This document shows, one piece after another, positions 34,891-45,396 of a DNA stretch of 64,000 bases. The notes below the pieces were generated by a model. That model made no database searches. It was not told the origin of the DNA and was given only the letters and a program-made list of their open reading frames with translations. This DNA comes from a virus (taxonomy: Duplodnaviria > Caudoviricetes), in IMG/VR virus record IMGVR_UViG_3300047160_036126, positions 13,575 to 77,574 of that record, one strand, 5' to 3'. Position numbers and translations under genes: made by a program. Every line of letters begins with the position of its first letter. Position 1 is the first letter of the stretch.

Positions 34891-36416
34891 CGGACGCATA
34901 CAAAATCGGCGTATCCGTCGTCCTTACGAACCTGATTGGGACCGAACTTACCCGCATCGCCAAGGAATTCGAGGTTGCCGATAAATCGGCGGCGGGATTT
35001 AGCGTTGCGCTCGGCGCCGTGGCGGTTGCGGTCGCTGGCGTGACGGCCGCGATGGTGGCGGGAATTAACGAGGCAAGGAAATTCCAGGTCGAGGTGGCGA
35101 AATTCGCTCTCTTTGGCATGAGCGACAAGACAAACCGCGACGCGCAGTCCTTTGCCGAGAACATGAAGGTGATTGGCACGAGCGCCACGGAGGCCATGCG
35201 TCTCGTCAACGAGGCCCAAGGTGTGTTCCGGGAATCTGGCCTTTCGGAAGACCAGGCGCTGCGCGGCGCGAAGATGTCGGCGCCGCTGCTGGCGAAGATC
35301 GATTTCATCAGCAAGGCCCTCGACGAGGCGAGTGCATCGAAGATGCACGGCTCGGCACAGGCCATGCTGCGCTTCATCGACATGCAGGGCGGTTTGAACG
35401 ATCCGGAACGGTTCAATCAGATCGCGAATGCCGGCTTTAAGGCAATCCGGTCGTCGGGGGGGAACATCGATTGGGAGCAGTACCGGCAGTTTCGCGCACG
35501 GGGCGCATCGGCCGCGGCGAACCTTTCGGATGCGGCCTTGTTCGGCGAATTCGAGCCGATAATTCAGGAATTGAAGGGAAGCACGGCAGGTTTCGCGCTG
35601 CGGACGGCCTATAACCGGATGAACGGAATTATCCGGCTGCCCAATCAGGCGGCGCACGAGCTGGTGAAGATCGGTGCGTGGGATCAGAGTCAAATCGAGT
35701 GGAATTCGCTGGGCGGCATCAAGCGGTTCAAGGGAAATCCGCTGGTTGAAGCAGATTTGTTCGCAAAAGACCCCGTGGCTTATTACGAGAAATACATCCT
35801 TCCGTTTTACGAAAAGAACCATCTCACGCAGGAACAGCGGACGCGGGAAAATGCGCTGCTGTTCGGAAGCACCGGCGGCAATCTCTTTTCAATCATCGAG
35901 CGCCAGGGCGGCGCAATTCACCGATCGGCCGATGCATGGAACAAGGCGCTCGGCATTGACGCATCAGTGGATGTGGCGAAGAAGACCGTGGACGGCCAGC
36001 TCGTCAATCTGACGGCCGAGTGGGCTACGCTGATGAAAAATATCGGTACAGACTTGCTTCCCGCGGTCAATAGCGGGCTGCAAATTCTGTCCGGCATACT
36101 GAAGGCGATAAACGATAATTGGCAGAAAATCGGCAACACGTTGTCGTTTATCGGCAAGGGGTTGCACGGCGGCGACTTTGGGGCCTGGGCCGCAAATGGC
36201 GCGCTGGATTTGCTCGGTGTAGGTTCCGCAGCGCCGCCGCCCAAGCAACAGTCCTTCACGCTGAATAACGTGACCAAGCTTGACGGGCGTGTCTTGGCTG
36301 ACAGTACGACGAAATATCAGGTCGAGGGATTGGCGAAGATGCCTTCGACGGGCAACGATTATGACTTGCGCGCCACGCCTTACATGCCGGGCTATGGAGC
36401 CCTTGGCAGTTACTGA
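34887..36416 (+). CDS. Tape measure protein (short, 509 aa)
   Basis: Ala-rich helical protein in the tape-measure position. Confidence 0.7.
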   Translation: MTDAYKIGVSVVLTNLIGTELTRIAKEFEVADKSAAGFSVALGAVAVAVAGVTAAMVAGINEARKFQVEVAKFALFGMSDKTNRDAQSFAENMKVIGTSATEAMRLVNEAQGVFRESGLSEDQALRGAKMSAPLLAKIDFISKALDEASASKMHGSAQAMLRFIDMQGGLNDPERFNQIANAGFKAIRSSGGNIDWEQYRQFRARGASAAANLSDAALFGEFEPIIQELKGSTAGFALRTAYNRMNGIIRLPNQAAHELVKIGAWDQSQIEWNSLGGIKRFKGNPLVEADLFAKDPVAYYEKYILPFYEKNHLTQEQRTRENALLFGSTGGNLFSIIERQGGAIHRSADAWNKALGIDASVDVAKKTVDGQLVNLTAEWATLMKNIGTDLLPAVNSGLQILSGILKAINDNWQKIGNTLSFIGKGLHGGDFGAWAANGALDLLGVGSAAPPPKQQSFTLNNVTKLDGRVLADSTTKYQVEGLAKMPSTGNDYDLRATPYMPGYGALGSY

Positions 36417-37183
36417 TGCCTGTGCTCTTGACGCTGGGGCCGCTGCTTTTCAGCGACTTCGAGGTGCCGGATAGCATTAATTTCGGCGGCGAGCAAATGC
36501 TTGTCGTGCGCAAGCTGGTAGGCGGTGATCGCGTGATCGACGCGATGGGCCGGGACGATGACGATATTCGCTGGTCCGGGCGCTTTCGGGGCGACCAGGC
36601 CGAGACGCGCGCAGCGCTGGCGGATTCGCTGCGGGTCGACGGTCAACCGATAACCTTGGCGTGGTCGAGCCGGCGGTATCTAGTCGTCGTAAGGGATTTC
36701 AAGGCGCAGTTTCAGCAGCCGTTCGAAATTCCTTATTCGATTGTCTGCACGGTGCTGCAGGATCTGAGCGTCCCGATCGCATCGCTAGCCGGCGATATAA
36801 ACGCTGCAATAAATTCGGATGTGACGGGTGCCGGAGTTCTGGGCACCGGCCTCAGCATGGCGGATGTGTCGGCAGGCCTGGCGGGTGTCTCGGCCGCCGT
36901 GGGCATAGTGAACAATTTCCCTGGCGCTCCGGTTTCGCAGCTTATTCAGGTGCAGACTGCATTGTCGGTCGCACAATCGGCGGTGACGGGCAGGCTGAAT
37001 TCGCTGAACGGCGTGGTGGCGAACGCAGGGAGCGTGGCGGGGGTAGTGGGCGGCCTGGGTCCGCAATCGATCGCGGCGTCTCTATCGGGTCAGGCGACGG
37101 CGTTTCAGCAATTGGGTCAGCTTTATCAAATTCAGGCGTTGCTCGGCCGGACGTCCGTGAATGTGGCAAATGCCGGGAGTTAG
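36416..37183 (+). CDS. Tail/baseplate initiator-type protein
   Basis: LTLG...F..FEVP..I.FGG.Q.L...L.GG.RVIDAMG. Confidence 0.6.
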   Translation: MPVLLTLGPLLFSDFEVPDSINFGGEQMLVVRKLVGGDRVIDAMGRDDDDIRWSGRFRGDQAETRAALADSLRVDGQPITLAWSSRRYLVVVRDFKAQFQQPFEIPYSIVCTVLQDLSVPIASLAGDINAAINSDVTGAGVLGTGLSMADVSAGLAGVSAAVGIVNNFPGAPVSQLIQVQTALSVAQSAVTGRLNSLNGVVANAGSVAGVVGGLGPQSIAASLSGQATAFQQLGQLYQIQALLGRTSVNVANAGS

Positions 37184-37194
37184 GCGGGTGAGCC

Positions 37195-37380
37195 GTGAAA
37201 ACAATTACTGTAACCGGTGGTGATCTTTATCATATTGCGCTCGATCAGCTAAACGATGCGACGCAATGGAATCGCATCGCCCAGCTTAACGATCTCCTCG
37301 ATCCCGTACTCTCGGGCGTCACAACCCTCAAAATCCCTTCCATCAATGCGCAGGCCGGCGGCGGCGTGCTCGTGCTTTAA
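37195..37380 (+). CDS. Tail X / LysM-like small baseplate protein
   Basis: GGDLYHIA...L.DATQW.RIA.LN.L.DP. Confidence 0.7.
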   Translation: MKTITVTGGDLYHIALDQLNDATQWNRIAQLNDLLDPVLSGVTTLKIPSINAQAGGGVLVL

Positions 37381-38490
37381 ATGGCCATCTCCGATCTTCA
37401 GGGCCAAGGCAGTCGCCTCCGGAGGCCGTATGGCAGCATTTTCGTCAATCAGAGCGACATTCTGACGGGCTGGACGGAATTCGAGGTCACGAACGCAAGT
37501 CATTTTGCTTCCGACACGTTCCGGATTGCAGCATCCATTGCGCGGTTGCCGCCAGATCTTGGCATTGCGTATTGGGGGGATTCGGTCGATGACGAGCTCG
37601 AAATTTTCGCGGGCTTCAAGGACGAATCAGGCGTCTCGACGCAAAAGAATTCGCTGATTTACGGCCAGGTTGATGAAGTCGAAATTGATCTCGTCAGGCA
37701 GACGCTTACACTGTCGGGCCGCGATCTGTCGGCGCGGTTTCTGGACGTCAAGACCGCCGAGCATTTTCAGGACCAGAAGGCGAGCGACATAGCGGTCAAG
37801 CTGGCCGCGCGCCATGGCATGAAGGCGTCGGTGGAACCGACGAAGCAGCGGGTCGGCGGCTATTACGAATATTACCACACAAGGATGACGAAGGATCAAT
37901 CCGAGTGGGACCTGCTCATGTTTCTGGCCGAGCAGGAAGGCTACGATCTTTGGGTTTCCGGGCAGACGCTTAATTTTCAGCCGCCGGTACCGGACACGGC
38001 CGATCCCTATTTGCTGCTATGGTCTGATTTGGGCCAGGGCAACCGCGTCGCGAATTTCGAAAGCCTGAAACTGCATCGCAGCGAGACGCTCGCGAAAGAC
38101 GTGATCGTGCGAGTGCAGAGCTGGAACCAAGCGCAGGAAACGGTCATCACGGCCGAAAATCACCGCAATCAGGCAAACAAAAGCCAGAGGGTGGGAGGAA
38201 CGGCGCAGGTCTATACCTTCTATCCGCCGAATTTGACGAAGGATCAGGCGGACAAATGGGCAGCGGCCAAAGCCGAGGACATCACGAAACATGAGCGGGT
38301 GATTGCTGGCACATTGCCGGCCGACAATCTGCTCAATAACCGGTCGCTCATAAAGCTCGTGGGCACGGGCACGAGCTGGGATCAGCTTTACAATCTCGAT
38401 AGCGTCACAAGGCGCATGTCGGTGACGGAAGGCTATTCGATGGAATTCCGCGCCAAGAACCATTCGACACAGAGCACAATACTGCTATGA
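37381..38490 (+). CDS. Baseplate hub (late control D / Mu gp44-like)
   Basis: LTLSGRDLS..F.D, SEWDLL.FLA..EG; position. Confidence 0.75.
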   Translation: MAISDLQGQGSRLRRPYGSIFVNQSDILTGWTEFEVTNASHFASDTFRIAASIARLPPDLGIAYWGDSVDDELEIFAGFKDESGVSTQKNSLIYGQVDEVEIDLVRQTLTLSGRDLSARFLDVKTAEHFQDQKASDIAVKLAARHGMKASVEPTKQRVGGYYEYYHTRMTKDQSEWDLLMFLAEQEGYDLWVSGQTLNFQPPVPDTADPYLLLWSDLGQGNRVANFESLKLHRSETLAKDVIVRVQSWNQAQETVITAENHRNQANKSQRVGGTAQVYTFYPPNLTKDQADKWAAAKAEDITKHERVIAGTLPADNLLNNRSLIKLVGTGTSWDQLYNLDSVTRRMSVTEGYSMEFRAKNHSTQSTILL

Positions 38491-39041
38491 GCTGGATGGG
38501 GCGCCTTCGCAATCAGATGCGGCAGGAAGCGCAGCGCGCGGTGTCTCAGGTGACATTGCCGCGGATGGGCATAGTCACGAATTACGATCCTGACCGCTAC
38601 GCCGCGCGCGTGAAGTTGCAGCCGGAAGGGATAATGACCGGCTATTTACCGGTGACGACAATATGGGTCGGTAACGGCTGGGGCTTCTACGCGCCGCCGT
38701 CGATCGGCGACGTTGTCGAGGTGCATTTCCAGCAAGGCGGCAAGGAAGCTGGATTTATCGTCAATCGCTTCTATAGCGCGAAAACGCAGCCACTGTCGGT
38801 TCAATCAGGTGAGTTTTGGGTGGTGCATAAGGCTGGCCCATACCTGAAATTCATGAATAACCAGAAGGTTACTCTTCATAGTGGGGCTGAAATCGACGTG
38901 GGCAATCTGGGCGGAACGCTGCACAAGCTTATCACGGATGCGTTCGTTCCGCTGTTCAACAACCACACCCATGCGGGCAGTCCGATACCGGATCAGCAAA
39001 TCACGGCCGCGCATCAGACACAAATCCTGAAGGCGAATTAA
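38487..39041 (+). CDS. Baseplate spike (gpV-like)
   Basis: NYDP..Y.ARV.LQP, P.IGD.V.V; C-terminal HTH iron-binding motif NNHTH. Confidence 0.85.
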   Translation: MSWMGRLRNQMRQEAQRAVSQVTLPRMGIVTNYDPDRYAARVKLQPEGIMTGYLPVTTIWVGNGWGFYAPPSIGDVVEVHFQQGGKEAGFIVNRFYSAKTQPLSVQSGEFWVVHKAGPYLKFMNNQKVTLHSGAEIDVGNLGGTLHKLITDAFVPLFNNHTHAGSPIPDQQITAAHQTQILKAN

Positions 39042-39042
39042 C

Positions 39043-39420
39043 ATGGAAGTCTGGCACGCGTTCGGGGGTGATCTTGTGGCGAGCGCGAACGGCGATTTGC
39101 TCACTGCGGATAGCGTGGACGCGAGCGGCCAGCGCGTGTTGCGTCGCCTCTTGACGAACCAGAAGGATTACATCTGGCAGCCGGATTATGGGGCAGGCCT
39201 ACCGGCAAAGATCGGCGATCCTTTCGACGTCGCAACGATCGATAGCATCGTAACGGGGCAGATGTATCTGGAAGAATCAGTTGTGCGCGATCCGCCGCCG
39301 GATATCGGGGTGGCGTCATTTCCTAATGGGATGTTCGTAGACATCAAATACACGGAAGCCGATTCCGGCCAGCCGGTGGTGCTCAATTTGCCGGTGACGG
39401 CGCAAGGTGCAAATGGCTAG
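39043..39420 (+). CDS. Baseplate wedge subunit (gp25/W-like)
   Basis: QRVLRRLLTN..DYIWQPDYGAGL. Confidence 0.75.
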   Translation: MEVWHAFGGDLVASANGDLLTADSVDASGQRVLRRLLTNQKDYIWQPDYGAGLPAKIGDPFDVATIDSIVTGQMYLEESVVRDPPPDIGVASFPNGMFVDIKYTEADSGQPVVLNLPVTAQGANG

Positions 39421-40537
39421 TCTGGCGACATTGGCTTTCTCAGACCTGGTCCGCAACATGGTCGCGGCGATCCAGGCGAAATCGACGGCTCTCTTGAATT
39501 TCACCGTCGGCTCTGTACTGCGCGCGATCATAGAGGCAATCGCCGGCATGACGCTGTGGCTGCAGGGCCTCATCGTCTATGTGCTTACGCTCACGCGGTT
39601 CAATACAAGCAAGGGCGCCGACGCGGATAGCTGGGCGGCTGATTTCGGTTTCGCGCGTCTGGCGGCCGTCGCAGCGACGGGCAATGTCACGTTCACGCGC
39701 TTTACGACGACGACGCAATCGATTGTGCCGTTTGGCACGCAGTTGCAGAGTGCGGACAGCACGCAGAATTTTACCGTGGTCACCGACCCCAGCAACCCGG
39801 CCTATAACGCCGGTTTGGGGGGCTATGTAATTTCGATCGGCACGGCAACGCTTACGGTCGGCGTGATGGCGAACGCGGCCGGCTCTGCTGGCAATGTGTT
39901 GGCGAATACGATCACCTCGATGGGCCAGGGTATTCCGGGTGTCGATACGGTCACGAATGCATCGGCGTTCACGAACGGCCTGGATGCCGAGGTCGACACC
40001 TCGTTCTATGCGCGTTTTGTTCTGTTTATTGCTTCGCTCGCAAAGGCGACAAAGACGGCCATTCAGGCGGCGATTGCCAATGTACAGCAGGGGCTGCAGG
40101 AAACGATCACGGAGAATTACGACTACAGCAGCGCCTATGATCCAGGCTCATTCTATGTAGTCGTTTCAGACGGCGATTCCGCGCCGTCATCGGACCTTTT
40201 AAACACGGTCGGCACGGCCATCGATAACACACGCGCGCTGGGCATTCGGTTCGCGGTTTTTGCGCCGGTCTTCGTGAATGCCAATGTGAACATGACGATT
40301 ACCTCGGCGGCCGGGCTCGATCATCCGACGGTTGTGGGCAATGTCGGGCTGGCGGTTACGAATTTCCTTAATACTTTGCCGCTCGGCGCTGGACTGCCGT
40401 ACACGCAGCTTGCGGCGGTTGCGTATGGCGTGGCCGGGGTGGTCAACGTCACGGCTGTGACGCTGAACAGTGGCACCAGCGATATCGCGGCCAATGCGCA
40501 GAATCAGGTGATCGCCGGCACGGTTACGATTAGTTAG
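39413..40537 (+). CDS. Baseplate J-like protein
   Basis: GSVLRAIIEA, A.G.DAD.W..DFG..R, AATG.V.F, NG.DAE.D. Confidence 0.88.
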   Translation: MASLATLAFSDLVRNMVAAIQAKSTALLNFTVGSVLRAIIEAIAGMTLWLQGLIVYVLTLTRFNTSKGADADSWAADFGFARLAAVAATGNVTFTRFTTTTQSIVPFGTQLQSADSTQNFTVVTDPSNPAYNAGLGGYVISIGTATLTVGVMANAAGSAGNVLANTITSMGQGIPGVDTVTNASAFTNGLDAEVDTSFYARFVLFIASLAKATKTAIQAAIANVQQGLQETITENYDYSSAYDPGSFYVVVSDGDSAPSSDLLNTVGTAIDNTRALGIRFAVFAPVFVNANVNMTITSAAGLDHPTVVGNVGLAVTNFLNTLPLGAGLPYTQLAAVAYGVAGVVNVTAVTLNSGTSDIAANAQNQVIAGTVTIS

Positions 40538-40545
40538 GACATTGG

Positions 40546-41214
40546 ATGGCGACGGGTGATGCGCAGGACATTCTTGGGCGCATTAAAGCGCTTCTGCCGC
40601 GCCGCTGGTTTCCCGACAGCACGCCGGTGCTGGATGCGCTTCTTTCAGGCCCGGCTTGGGCTTTGGCGCTGGTTTATTCACTGATCCAGTATGCGAAGGA
40701 CCAAACGCGGATTGGCACAGCGACGGACGGTTTTCTCGACTTGATTTCATACGATTATTTCGGCACTGCGCTGCCGCGGCGGCATAGTGAGCTGGACGCG
40801 CCGTTCCGCGCGCGCATTCTGGCTACTCTACTGAGGCCGAAGGCGACCAGGCCGGGCATGATCGCGTCGCTGGTGAATTTGACCGGCCGCACGCCGATCA
40901 TTTTCGAGCCGTGGCGGGTTGCTGATACCGGTGCCTGGGGTGGAACTGTTGGCGGGTTTGCATGGAACACGGCAGGCGCATGGGGATCGCTGCGGCTTAA
41001 CGCGCAGGCTTTCATCACGGCCTATCGGCCGGGCTCTTCGGGTATTCCTAACGTGGCTGGCTGGAATTCGACTTATGCAGGGTGGGGAGCGCCATATCTG
41101 TCGTTGTGTTCGCTAAGCCAAATTCAGGGCGCGGTAACCGATGCTGATATTTACGCGACCGTTGACTCTGTGAAGGCGGCTGGAACGACGATGTGGACAA
41201 GGCTGTCCGATTAG
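40546..41214 (+). CDS. Baseplate wedge protein (tail I-like)
   Basis: RIGTATDGFLDLI..DYFG; G/W-rich C-terminus. Confidence 0.7.
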   Translation: MATGDAQDILGRIKALLPRRWFPDSTPVLDALLSGPAWALALVYSLIQYAKDQTRIGTATDGFLDLISYDYFGTALPRRHSELDAPFRARILATLLRPKATRPGMIASLVNLTGRTPIIFEPWRVADTGAWGGTVGGFAWNTAGAWGSLRLNAQAFITAYRPGSSGIPNVAGWNSTYAGWGAPYLSLCSLSQIQGAVTDADIYATVDSVKAAGTTMWTRLSD

Positions 41215-41298
41215 AATTAACAGAAACGAAGTGGACAATTTGCCGCAATAGGATTAAATAATCGACACCTCCGGGGGAGGGCGAAACCCGGAGCGTGC

Positions 41299-42732
41299 AT
41301 GGATCGAAAGATTGCCTATACAGGCGAAATCGCCCTCGTAGACGATTTTCTCAACACGCAGCGCTTTATTATGACCGCGCTTGGGATGGCCTTGCAGGCT
41401 ATTCTTGGCACGGGAACGGTGGTCGATGGGTTAAACTGCACGCCGAACTCGCCGGCGGATCTGCATGTTATCGTCGCCGCCGGATCGATCTACGCTCTCG
41501 AAAACCTCGACAGCACGGCTTATGGCGATCTTTCATCCGATACAGCGCACCAGATCGTCAAGCAGGGCATCGTTCTCGATAACACGACGCTCAGTTGCCC
41601 GGCTCCGCCGACAACCGGCCAGTCGATCAATTATCTCATCCAGGCCGCATACCAGGACGTCGATACTGACTCGACGGTCCTTCCTTATTTCAACTCCTCC
41701 AATCCCGCGGTTGCTTATAACGGCCCCAGCAATACTGGTGTTTCACAGAACACGACCCGTAAAGGGCAATGCACAATCAGCGTGAAGGCCGGGACGGCCG
41801 CGACGACCGGCACGCAGACGACGCCGGCGGCGGATGCGGGATTTACAGGATTGTGGGTTGTGACGGTCGCGAACGGCGCGACCACGATCACTTCCGGCAA
41901 TATCACCAAAGCCAGCGCCGCTCCGTTCATCAATTACAAGCTTCCGCAGCTCGCGCCGGCGGTGGTGAGCCGCACGGCACTGACAGGAAACACGACCTAT
42001 TATGTGACGCCTTCGGGCAACGATAGCACGGGCGATGGAACGTCAGGCAGCCCGTGGCAGACGATTCAGCATGCCGTGAATGTTATCGCGAGCACGATTG
42101 ATCTGGCCGGTTACACGGTGACGATCAAACTCAATGCGACGGGGAGCTACTCGGGAGTAAATGTCAAAGGGCCATGGGTAGGCGGTCCTTATAACGCCGT
42201 TACGATTGTGGGAGATACTGGGACTTCCTCCAATACGGTCATAACCGGCGGCGTCAATTGCAATGATGGCGGGATCGCAATCTCGAATCTTCAGGTGCAA
42301 AATTCGAGTGGCGACGCAATCGGGCTTGATGCGGACGCGCAAATCGATATCGGCAGTGCGATTGTCTTCGGCACGACAACGGGCAGCCATGTCGATGTGA
42401 AGAATGGCTCGATAGCGACCTTGCAACATAATTATAATGTTACCGGCGGCGCCGCGGTCGATCATTTCGCGGTTGGGCCGGCCGGCACGATCAATGCCGG
42501 CAGCATCACGGCGACGGGCAGCTCAAGCCTTACCTTTGGCACATACGCCAATGCGAGCAATTGTGGCGTGCTTTATGCTCCGAGCTATGCATGGTCGGGT
42601 TTCTCGGGCGTAACGGCTGTGCAGTACGGCGTCCAATTAAATGGGGTGATTAATATCAACGGCGCAACAGCGGCCGGGTATTTCCCTGGCGGAAGCAGTG
42701 GATCAACAGCAACCGGCGGTGAGATCGGCTAA
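41299..42732 (+). CDS. Tail fibre/spike protein
   Basis: MDRKIAY.GEI.L..DFLN attachment domain; YYV..SGND..GDG, PW.TIQHA; predicted beta-helical C-terminus. Confidence 0.8.
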   Translation: MDRKIAYTGEIALVDDFLNTQRFIMTALGMALQAILGTGTVVDGLNCTPNSPADLHVIVAAGSIYALENLDSTAYGDLSSDTAHQIVKQGIVLDNTTLSCPAPPTTGQSINYLIQAAYQDVDTDSTVLPYFNSSNPAVAYNGPSNTGVSQNTTRKGQCTISVKAGTAATTGTQTTPAADAGFTGLWVVTVANGATTITSGNITKASAAPFINYKLPQLAPAVVSRTALTGNTTYYVTPSGNDSTGDGTSGSPWQTIQHAVNVIASTIDLAGYTVTIKLNATGSYSGVNVKGPWVGGPYNAVTIVGDTGTSSNTVITGGVNCNDGGIAISNLQVQNSSGDAIGLDADAQIDIGSAIVFGTTTGSHVDVKNGSIATLQHNYNVTGGAAVDHFAVGPAGTINAGSITATGSSSLTFGTYANASNCGVLYAPSYAWSGFSGVTAVQYGVQLNGVININGATAAGYFPGGSSGSTATGGEIG

Positions 42733-42744
42733 GGGAGAAAGAAA

Positions 42745-43224
42745 ATGCCTTTGGATAAACATCACAAGATCAATTACGCAATCGGGCTGGTCGCGCTCGC
42801 GGGATCGCTGCATGCGGCAAGCGTTGCGCATAAGCCGGTCGACGTGACGATTGCTCCCCCCGCCCAGGAACAAAAAGTCGGTCGTCATGAATGGGCGCCG
42901 CTGGGCGGCGATATGACCGTGAAGCTCGGTGATGCGTTGCAGGGGATGAAGCCGGGCAAGGTCACGATCTATTGCGCGAACCTTCATTGCAAGCGGCTGG
43001 CGACCGATCTGGATGATGCTTTTCAGGTTGGGCAATGGGATTCGCAATTCGAGGACCGCGCGGTCGATAGCGAAGAGGACGACGGTCTGTTTGTCGGGCC
43101 GCCGGGCGCTGAAGCCGAGCATCTGGCCGATGTGATCGAGGAAACCACAGGGCTTAAAGCCGAAGTCGTGCCGATCGACGGCATCGACGGGCTCGGGGTG
43201 ATTATCGGAAAGAAAGGGAAGTGA
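42745..43224 (+). CDS. Secreted hypothetical protein
   Basis: Signal peptide-like N-terminus. Confidence 0.6.
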   Translation: MPLDKHHKINYAIGLVALAGSLHAASVAHKPVDVTIAPPAQEQKVGRHEWAPLGGDMTVKLGDALQGMKPGKVTIYCANLHCKRLATDLDDAFQVGQWDSQFEDRAVDSEEDDGLFVGPPGAEAEHLADVIEETTGLKAEVVPIDGIDGLGVIIGKKGK

Positions 43225-43225
43225 G

Positions 43226-44632
43226 ATGAAAAGAATTAATCGCTTCGGGGCTGCATTCCTCTTTCTGCTGGCCGTGTTTCTGAGCCAGGCAAGCTGGGCC
43301 ACGACTCCGACGGTCGATCCAACGGTGCCGGCGCAGAACTCGCCGCTTTCGTCCGCGACGATGCGCGCGCAGTTTCAGAAAATCTATAACGATCTCGTTA
43401 CCGCATTCAACGGTGCGATCTCGGCGATCACAGGGGATGTGACAGGATCAGTATCGAGCGGGACCATCAATCTTGCGCTCAATAACACTGCGACCGCCCG
43501 CGGCGATCTGGGGCTTGGCGCAACGTCGTCGGTCACCTTCGGCGCCCTTACTGTCAACGGCATCGCAGTGGCTAACCTGAATTCCGCTGCGCTGCCGACG
43601 GCGCAAACCGGTACGGTGCGGCAAGGCGGCAACGCCAATGGAACCGTGGCCCGCGATGAACTGGATGCTTTCGGTGCAGCCGCTCATTATACGGCTGTGC
43701 GTTGGGACGGTACGAACGCTTCGCCGACAACACTGCAATCGGGCGATTTAATCGGGAGCTTTAACGGTTTCGGCTACAACGGCACAGCCGTTGTGGGGCC
43801 GCAGGCATCGCTTCAGCTTTTCGCAAATCAGAATTGGAGTGTGGGCGCGAACGGGAGCTATGTGACGATTTCGACGACGCCGAACGGTTCGGCAACTATG
43901 GCTGAAGTGTTCCGTTTCAATGCCGATGGAGGCATGACGACACCAAGCGTTACGGGTGGCGACAAGGGTGCCGGCACGCTTAACGCAGCCGGATTGTACG
44001 TGAACAACGTAGCGGTTCTGACGGGGCTTGTGAACCTGGCGAGCGGCGTCACAGGAAACCTGCCGGTGTCAAATCTCAATAGCGGCACGAGCGCAAGTTC
44101 GAGCACGTACTGGCGCGGTGACGGGACATGGGCGGCCGTGCCCGCTGGCGGCGTTGCGATGGTTACGCCAGCTTCGTATTACACGAGTGACACGGCCGGA
44201 AATTTGTTTCCCGCTGTCTATTCAGGTGGCGGCGGCAATGCCGCCCCGCATGACGCGGGATGGGGGGTTGTGGCCTCTCTCGCGGCAAGTCCCGTTCTTG
44301 AAATGCGCTTTCAGATGCCGCCGTCAATTCCGTCAAGCGGCACATTCAAGCTGGTCTCCTATTGCCTTGCGAACGCGTCAAGCGGAGTTATGAAATATAC
44401 GCCGTCCGATGCGAATGTGGCGGCCGGCTCATCGCCCTCGGCAGCAACTCTCACGGGGGATACGCAAGTGAGCCAAACGTGGTCTGCTGCCGATGTGTAT
44501 GTGGTGAACAAGACAACTTTAAGCGCGACTCCCACGGCGGACGGGGTTTCGGTTGTCGCGGTCACGTTTAATGCTTCTGGCTGGACTTTAGCGGCGAGCC
44601 CGGTTTGCCGGTGGGTCGAGCTATGGGAGTAA
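43226..44632 (+). CDS. Fibre-like protein with an N-terminal signal peptide
   Basis: MKRINRFGAAFLFLLAVFLSQASWA; TVDPT.P...S.T.R motif; YWRGDGTW. Confidence 0.65.
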   Translation: MKRINRFGAAFLFLLAVFLSQASWATTPTVDPTVPAQNSPLSSATMRAQFQKIYNDLVTAFNGAISAITGDVTGSVSSGTINLALNNTATARGDLGLGATSSVTFGALTVNGIAVANLNSAALPTAQTGTVRQGGNANGTVARDELDAFGAAAHYTAVRWDGTNASPTTLQSGDLIGSFNGFGYNGTAVVGPQASLQLFANQNWSVGANGSYVTISTTPNGSATMAEVFRFNADGGMTTPSVTGGDKGAGTLNAAGLYVNNVAVLTGLVNLASGVTGNLPVSNLNSGTSASSSTYWRGDGTWAAVPAGGVAMVTPASYYTSDTAGNLFPAVYSGGGGNAAPHDAGWGVVASLAASPVLEMRFQMPPSIPSSGTFKLVSYCLANASSGVMKYTPSDANVAAGSSPSAATLTGDTQVSQTWSAADVYVVNKTTLSATPTADGVSVVAVTFNASGWTLAASPVCRWVELWE

Positions 44633-45396
44633 GACGCACACTTCTAGCCGCCTTCCTCACCCTCGCGCTTTTGATTGCGCCTAATTGTTATGCCGCGCGC
44701 GGGTTTGACACGTTAGGTAGCAGTACGACGGATCAAATCACAACCAGCTACACAACAGGAGTATCAACCACATACTCACTTTCAATGTGGGTATGGATAA
44801 AAAGCACCGGCAATAACGGTTTTGGCTATTTCTTTACTCAAGGCGGAGGTTTCCCGCAGAGTACAAATGCCTTCATGAATATGGGTAATAGTACGACTAC
44901 GGTAGGCTTCGGCCAGGTTTTTTCTACGACAAGTGGGTCATGGACTTTTTCATCTGCTCCGTTTGGCGCGTGGCAGAATATTGTCATAACCTATGATAAC
45001 TCATCGACATCGAACAACCCGACGGTTTATGTTAATGGCTCATCCGTGTCCGTTACTCGTTCAACTGCTCCCGTAGGAACAGCAACGAGAACCGCGCACT
45101 CAATGGCGATCGGTAATAGCGCGGATTCCAGCCATAACGCCTTCGACGGCAAGATTGCGGAATTCGGATGGTGGAATGGAGCAATATTAACCGCTAACGA
45201 AGCTAAGTCACTTGCTAATGGAGTATCGCCTTTAAAGATTCGGAACGCGCAATTGTCTCTTTATCTTCCTCTATATGGTTTGTCCTCTAGCGAACCTGAC
45301 TGGGGGCCATCGCATAGCACGCAAACTGTTACGGGAACGGCATTTGCTAATAATCCGCCTACAAGCGGGTTTCCTCTACTAGATTACGTTCGATAA
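44623..45396 (+). CDS. LamG/concanavalin A-like protein with a signal peptide
   Basis: SLSMWVWI, WQNIVITYD, VYVNG, FDGKIAEF..WN..LT..E. Confidence 0.8.
   Translation: MGVRRTLLAAFLTLALLIAPNCYAARGFDTLGSSTTDQITTSYTTGVSTTYSLSMWVWIKSTGNNGFGYFFTQGGGFPQSTNAFMNMGNSTTTVGFGQVFSTTSGSWTFSSAPFGAWQNIVITYDNSSTSNNPTVYVNGSSVSVTRSTAPVGTATRTAHSMAIGNSADSSHNAFDGKIAEFGWWNGAILTANEAKSLANGVSPLKIRNAQLSLYLPLYGLSSSEPDWGPSHSTQTVTGTAFANNPPTSGFPLLDYVR

Noticed and set aside
38838-38872. TAACCA-GA-AGGTTA as a further operator copy
   Set aside because: Spacer is 2 nt rather than 4 and it lies within the spike gene
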